Positions 41,861 through 46,399 of a stretch of DNA of 46,399 bases are shown in pieces. Numbering within the stretch: the first letter of the stretch is position 1; the number at the start of each line of letters is the position of its first letter. This DNA comes from Phycisphaerae bacterium. Lineage in GTDB: Bacteria; Planctomycetota; Phycisphaerae; Sedimentisphaerales; Anaerobacaceae. The position numbers were made by a program, and so were the translations under genes. Where the stretch lies: the NCBI GenBank assembly GCA_018007255.1, contig JAGOQT010000001.1, positions 1 to 46,399 on the forward strand. Reading direction: 5' to 3'. The notes below the pieces were generated by a model, which saw only the letters and a program-made list of their open reading frames with translations, searched no databases and was not told the origin of the DNA.

Positions 41861-43405
41861 TCAATCCGCCCGTCCGCTCCCGCGGGCCCGGACCTGCCAG
41901 AGCAGGCCGGCCTCGACCAGGTCATAGTCGGCCCGCACGAATTGCGGACAGTTGCCGCTCCGGCACGACGCCACGTAGACCGGGCGGGTCTCCAGCAACC
42001 CCGGCAGGACCTGGGCATTCCATGGAGGGGATGCAGGGTGAAGGACCACAGGGTTGACGATGGCCACGTCCGGTCGAATCCCGCGGGTCTGCTGGGTGAC
42101 CAGCAGGGGCCCGATTGTGGTCAGGTCCGCGTAGAGGACCGCATGGGGGGCGGCCGAGCCCAGGGCCTCTGCGGCAAAGCGATCGGCCCCCGTATAGCCG
42201 GTCTTCCATGGCCGCAGGAAGAAGCTCAGGTCGTCCCTGTAGGGGACATCGCCCCGCGTGGGAATCTGCACGCCTGCCTTGCGCGCGACCCAGGGGGCCG
42301 CGGCGTAGACCGCCACAGGCACCAGGGCCGCCAGGACCATGGCCCCTGCGGCCCATCGGACATGGCCCTTGCGCCCGAGGACGATGTGCGCGCCCCAGCC
42401 CGCCAGCAGACTCACCATGACATAGAACGGGATGAAGAAGGCGTACCGGTCGGGCACCGTGTACCGGAAGGCGAAGGCCAAGGTCAAGACGGTCAAGGCC
42501 AGGACCACGACCCCGAAGGGTTCGGACCTCGCCCGCCGCGCGAGCAGGGCGGACCCCAGCACGGCGAGGATCCCATTGGGTGTGGGGAAGTTCAGCAGCC
42601 ACAACAGGAGGTTCTCCTTGACCATGCGGGCCGTGATCACGGTGTTGAGGACCTCGTCCTGCCACCGGCTGCCAAACAGGGCCGAACACAGCGTGCCCCG
42701 CAGATCGCCTGTCTCGACCAGACGCTGGAGGATCAGGACTTCATAGGGCAGACAGCCGGCGACCCAGGCCAGGGCGAAGAGGCCCAGATCCCGGGGTCGG
42801 ACGAGCCCCCTTCTGCAGAGCAGGCCGAAGTACACGGCGTAGACCGCCAAGGGGATGACCCCCAGCACGTGCACGGCCACGGCCAGACCGTTCAACAGGC
42901 CCAGTCCGTAGAGGAGGCCCCTGCGCCCGGTCCGGGTGTACTGGAGCAGGACGATCAGCTCCGCGGTGAACAGGGCCGTCCAGAGCGTGTAGGTCTCCGC
43001 CATGCTGGCGTGCTGCCAGAACGTGTGTGAAAGGGCCAGGGTCAGGGCGGCCACCAGGGCCGCAGCGGGCCTCCCGGTCCAGAGCCGGACCAGGAGAAGG
43101 ACATTGGCCACGGCCACGGCCCCGGCCACGGACGAGAGCAGGTTCACCTTGGTGGCGACCGGTCCCCACGGGAGGATCTTCGTGCCCATGGCCGCGAGGA
43201 TGTGCAGCGGGTGGGAGACCGCCAAACCCAAGGACCCGGCCACGTCTTGGTTGAGAACACGGTACTGGATCAGGCCGCTGTCCTGCCACAACAACCCCGG
43301 CGCACAGCTGACCCCGTAGAGGAGGGCTGCACAGAGGAACACCCACCCGTACAGATACAGGGGGGTGAACCTGGATGGGGTCAACGTACTGGATCGAGCC
43401 CACAT
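41861..43405 (-). CDS. DUF2723/TMEM260-like polytopic membrane protein (putative GT-C glycosyltransferase; 514 aa)
   Basis: The N-terminal ..YGVSCAPGLLWQDSGLIQY...GLAVSHPLH.. resembles the DUF2723 opening motif. Many TM segments are followed by a soluble C-terminal domain. Confidence 0.5.
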   Translation of the reverse strand: MWARSSTLTPSRFTPLYLYGWVFLCAALLYGVSCAPGLLWQDSGLIQYRVLNQDVAGSLGLAVSHPLHILAAMGTKILPWGPVATKVNLLSSVAGAVAVANVLLLVRLWTGRPAAALVAALTLALSHTFWQHASMAETYTLWTALFTAELIVLLQYTRTGRRGLLYGLGLLNGLAVAVHVLGVIPLAVYAVYFGLLCRRGLVRPRDLGLFALAWVAGCLPYEVLILQRLVETGDLRGTLCSALFGSRWQDEVLNTVITARMVKENLLLWLLNFPTPNGILAVLGSALLARRARSEPFGVVVLALTVLTLAFAFRYTVPDRYAFFIPFYVMVSLLAGWGAHIVLGRKGHVRWAAGAMVLAALVPVAVYAAAPWVARKAGVQIPTRGDVPYRDDLSFFLRPWKTGYTGADRFAAEALGSAAPHAVLYADLTTIGPLLVTQQTRGIRPDVAIVNPVVLHPASPPWNAQVLPGLLETRPVYVASCRSGNCPQFVRADYDLVEAGLLWQVRARGSGRAD

Positions 43406-43538
43406 GCTTCAGAGGCCTTCGGTTGGGAGAGGTCCTGCGGGTCCCCGGGCACCTCGATGCGCCCGCGTCCGCCTGGGGCAGCAGCCTGGCAGCAGAGGAC
43501 CGGGCCTGGCTCCGCGCAGACGGCCGCTCTGCGCAGGG

Positions 43539-44585
43539 TCAGTCTCGCTGCACCGGCCCCCTGCGATTCCCCGGCCGCGCGCGCCGAGCCCGGGACCCCG
43601 TGACCTCCTCGCTGGGGGACGCGGCGCGGCGTCTCTGGTCGTCGATGATCATCCGGAGGGTCCGGTCCAGGGATGTGCGAGGCTGCCAGCCGATGGTGGC
43701 CCGGACCCGGTCGATGCACGGGATCCGCCTCATCATGTCCTCAATGGGCCGGCTGTAGGCGAGCTCATAGGGGACGTGTTTCTTGCGGCTCTTGCTGCCC
43801 GTCATCCGGATGATCCGATCGGCCAGGTGCTCCACGGCGATCTCCTCGGTGGAGCCGATGTTGAACACCTTGCCTGCTGCGTCGGGGCAACGGATCAATC
43901 CCAGCAGGGCCTCGACCACGTCCCCCACGTAACAGAAGCACCGCGTCTGCCTGCCGGTCCCGTAGATCCGGATGGGCTCGTCGCGGAGGGCCCATTGGAC
44001 GAACCGCGGCACGACCATGCCGTAGCGCCCCGTCTGCCGGGGTCCGATCGTGTTGAAGAACCTGCCGATCACCACCGGAAGGCCGTACTGCTGACAGTAG
44101 GCCTGGCCCAGGAACTCGTCGATGGCCTTGCTGCACGCATACGACCAACGCGAGACGCCCGTGCTGCCCAGGACGAGGTCGTCGTCTTCGCGGAAGGGAG
44201 CGGCCTCGCTCTTGCCGTACACCTCACTCGTGGCGGCGAGCAGGAGCTTCTTGCCGAACTTGTTGGCCTGGCTCAATACGACCTCGGTCCCGCCGATGTT
44301 GGTCTCGATCGTGCGGACCGGGTCTTCTGCGATCAACTCCACCCCCACGGCCGCGGCCAGGTGGAACACCACATCGCACTCCTTGACCAGGAGCGTGACC
44401 AGGTCCGCATCCCGTATGTCGCCCCGGACGAAGACCAGGCCCTTCTTGCCCAGACAGCCGGCCAGATTGTCCAGACAACCCGTGCTCAGGTTGTCCAGCA
44501 CCACAACCTTGTGTCTGTCCTTCAGGAGTCTCTCGACCAGATGGGAGCCGATGAAACCCGCACCCCCTGTGACCAGTGCGTTCAT
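43539..44585 (-). CDS. NAD-dependent nucleotide-sugar epimerase/dehydratase (extended SDR; 348 aa)
   Basis: MNALVTGGAGFIGSHLVERLL; ..SEVYG..; ..YACSKAIDE.. (YxxxK). Confidence 0.8.
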   Translation of the reverse strand: MNALVTGGAGFIGSHLVERLLKDRHKVVVLDNLSTGCLDNLAGCLGKKGLVFVRGDIRDADLVTLLVKECDVVFHLAAAVGVELIAEDPVRTIETNIGGTEVVLSQANKFGKKLLLAATSEVYGKSEAAPFREDDDLVLGSTGVSRWSYACSKAIDEFLGQAYCQQYGLPVVIGRFFNTIGPRQTGRYGMVVPRFVQWALRDEPIRIYGTGRQTRCFCYVGDVVEALLGLIRCPDAAGKVFNIGSTEEIAVEHLADRIIRMTGSKSRKKHVPYELAYSRPIEDMMRRIPCIDRVRATIGWQPRTSLDRTLRMIIDDQRRRAASPSEEVTGSRARRARPGNRRGPVQRD

Positions 44586-44840
44586 GCCTGTCCAGACCTT
44601 CCCTGTGTGCCCTGCGCGTACACGATTGTCGGCTTGGACTCCGTCCCCGTCGGCTGCGCACGAACGGACGCCGGAACGTGCGTCCCAGCGACCACGCGAT
44701 GCAGCCCGAACAGGGCCTCACAGCCCTGCCTGCGTTCTGGTTTTTCCAGCCTAAACATCGGAATGCCAAGGGGATAGCTTGAGTTAGAACTCCTTGTCCA
44801 GCCCCGCCGCAGCGGAGACATGCCGGCCAGGATCATACAA

Positions 44841-44868
44841 CCTCCGGTCCCACGAGGGAAGCGCGGGT
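44841..44868 (-). repeat. Degenerate copy of the intergenic motif
   Basis: The reverse complement acccgcgcttccctcgtgggaccggagg matches gcccgcatttcccacgaggctccggacg (21816-21843) at 20/28 positions by hand alignment. It lies in the mutY-epimerase gap. Confidence 0.4.
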
Positions 44869-44980
44869 CCTGCGGTGCTGCAGGCAGGCCCGGCCGTACG
44901 GGGGTCTGGACGTGCGCGTGCGCAGGGCCCGGTCTGTCGTCGCCGGGGCCACCGCCCGCCACGCACGATCCGCCGGCCCA

Positions 44981-46090
44981 TTATGCGACCCTGTCGCCCA
45001 GGGGCTCGCGGCCCTGGGGCTCGATCGCAGCGATGACCCTCAGGTTGGCCGCAGGGAAGGCATAGCGGCGAAGCTGGCCGGGCAGGACCCATCGGAAGGC
45101 CGTGCAGGCCCTGCACCGAGGCTGGCCGCCCACGTAGTCGCACTCAAAGACGTGCAGTCTCACCCGGAAGTGGGTGTAGGCGTGATCGACCCGCATGAGC
45201 GGACGCCTCACCCGGACCCGGATCCCCAGCTCCTCGCGAACCTCACGCACAAGCGTGGTCTCCAGGGACTCTCTGCCCTGGCGTTTGCCACCCGGGAACT
45301 CCCAAAGCCCTCCGAGGAGGCCCTTGGGCCTGCGTTTGTCGATCAAGACCTGTGCGCCCCTGTAGATCACCCCGATGGCCACGGAGTGGCAGGGCAACGC
45401 CTTGCGCCGGGCAGGGACGGGCAGTCTCTCCTGCAGCCCCTGTGCGCGGGCCCTGCACAACCGCCCGAGGGGACAGTCGGGACATCGGGGTCTGCGCCTC
45501 CGACACAGGGTAGCCCCCAGCTCCATCAAGGCCTGATTGATCTGCCCGGCCCGGCCGGCTGCAGCCAGGGATTGGGCCAGGGACCAGAGTCGCTCGCGAG
45601 TTGTCTTCTGGCGAGGATCATCCTGCACAGCGAAGACCCGGCACAGGACTCGCGTGACATTGCCGTCGACCACGGGCTCGGCCTGATCCAGGGCGATGCT
45701 GGCGATCGCCCCGGCCGTGTACCGGCCGATTCCAGGCAAGGCCATCAGCCCCTGCCGTGTCCCGGGGAAGACCCCGTGGAGGTCACGGACGAGGATGCGG
45801 GCCGCGGCATGGAGGTGATGGGCCCTGCGGTAGTATCCGAGGCCCTCCCACACCTTGAGCACGGTATCGAGCCGGGCCCGGGCCAGGTGCCCGACCGTGG
45901 GGAATCTCCGCATGAACGCGAGGTAGTAGGGCTGGACGGCCTGGACCCGGGTCTGCTGCAGCATGACCTCGGAGATCCAGATGGCGTAGGGGTCTCGGGT
46001 CCCCCGCCACGGCATCTGCCTGGCATTGCGGGCGAACCAGGTGGGCAGCTGCCTCCGCATCGCGCTGATGGTGGAACGAGTCGGTCCCAT
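44981..46090 (-). CDS. mutY: A/G-specific adenine DNA glycosylase (start at 46090 or 46060; the track's 46129 would overlap the putative -35 box)
   Basis: PWRGTRDPYAIWISEVMLQQT, LPGIGRYTAGAI (HhH-GPD), VDGNV, CRRRRPRCPDCPLGRLC (4Fe-4S Cys set) and a C-terminal NUDIX-like GLWEFPGGK. Confidence 0.85.
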   Translation of the reverse strand: MGPTRSTISAMRRQLPTWFARNARQMPWRGTRDPYAIWISEVMLQQTRVQAVQPYYLAFMRRFPTVGHLARARLDTVLKVWEGLGYYRRAHHLHAAARILVRDLHGVFPGTRQGLMALPGIGRYTAGAIASIALDQAEPVVDGNVTRVLCRVFAVQDDPRQKTTRERLWSLAQSLAAAGRAGQINQALMELGATLCRRRRPRCPDCPLGRLCRARAQGLQERLPVPARRKALPCHSVAIGVIYRGAQVLIDKRRPKGLLGGLWEFPGGKRQGRESLETTLVREVREELGIRVRVRRPLMRVDHAYTHFRVRLHVFECDYVGGQPRCRACTAFRWVLPGQLRRYAFPAANLRVIAAIEPQGREPLGDRVA

Positions 46091-46100
46091 GGTCTGGGAC

Positions 46101-46129
46101 GTCGTACTCGGGCAGGCCCGGGATGTCAA
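46101..46129 (-). promoter_or_regulatory. Putative mutY promoter (TTGACA-17-TACGAC) ending ~10 nt before ATG 46090. It would give a (near-)leaderless transcript.
   Basis: On the minus strand TTGACA lies at 46129-46124 and TACGAC at 46106-46101, with a 17-nt spacer. The call rests on hexamer matching only. Confidence 0.3.
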
Positions 46130-46399
46130 CGGGAAGTCCGGCCGGGCGAGGGCGGCGGGCGGAAACAGAGAGGCCCCTTGCAGGGTGGGTCGAGCAATTC
46201 CTTTAGGTCTACCCTTCGTCGTGGTTTTGAAATCCTCGCCCAGGACCGTGCAAGGGGCCGGGAAGAAGCCGGTGGCTCTTTCCTTTTGTTCCTAGCGGAG
46301 CCCGCGATCCCCGGCGTGCGCCCGCACGCCATACGACTCATGGAAGACAACCCGCCCTCGCGCTAGGGCGCCCATCCCCGTGCTGTCACGGAGCGACTG

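Noticed and set aside
43398-43422. A possible further copy of the intergenic motif (gcccacatgcttcagaggccttcgg, 20/27 to the copy at 16875-16901).
   Set aside because: It overlaps the ATG of the DUF2723-like gene and is too degenerate to separate from chance without a genome-wide model. It is mentioned only as a weak candidate.

Overview
All protein-family calls below come from reading motifs in the supplied translations and hand-translating a few stretches. No database search was run. The window is bacterial, almost fully coding and mostly on the minus strand. I recognised no rRNA, tRNA, CRISPR array, transposase or integrase. Composition is high-GC: hand-counted 60-nt lines give about 70% in the housekeeping parts.

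Many neighbouring genes overlap by 1-11 nt, typically as ATGA, which fits long translationally coupled operons. Start coordinates are my own choices (RBS, signal peptide, coupling), not the maximal ORFs of the supplied track.

The window splits into three blocks.

(1) 1-16.7 kb is an accessory, compositionally mosaic island built around a secretin. It carries:
- two paralogous membrane-anchored TPR proteins with a shared promoter-proximal leader;
- after each TPR gene, a translationally coupled signal-peptide enzyme (a Cys-rich HExxH protein, and a protein-arginine-deiminase homologue with an apparently intact catalytic set);
- after each enzyme, an exported HEAT-repeat protein;
- a beta-helix protein with a dockerin-like tail, a GspC/PilP-like protein, and a very long secretin whose frame is broken by one extra base.

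(2) 17.2-31.9 kb holds envelope and housekeeping genes:
- an L-fucose-isomerase-like gene, divergent from a GDP-mannose-3,5-epimerase-like / GHMP-like / tandem cytidylyltransferase operon;
- KdsD and an MlaC-MMPL(HpnN-like)-MlaA operon;
- NadB, MetK, a DRG-type GTPase and an OMP.

(3) 32.1-44.6 kb is an 11-gene Wzx/Wzy-type polysaccharide locus with an ATP-grasp enzyme and a DUF2723-like membrane glycosyltransferase. MutY follows it.

The best candidate for something undescribed is the duplicated cassette 'leader - anchored TPR - coupled secreted enzyme - exported HEAT protein' flanking the secretin. Its function is only a hypothesis.

Other notable sequence-level observations:
- a perfect 54-bp fold-back at the window edge, probably an assembly artefact;
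- a roughly 30-nt intergenic repeat family that includes a MITE-like inverted pair;
- an in-frame TAG and a non-ATG start in the Cys-rich gene;
- two short out-of-frame tandem repeats inside coding regions.
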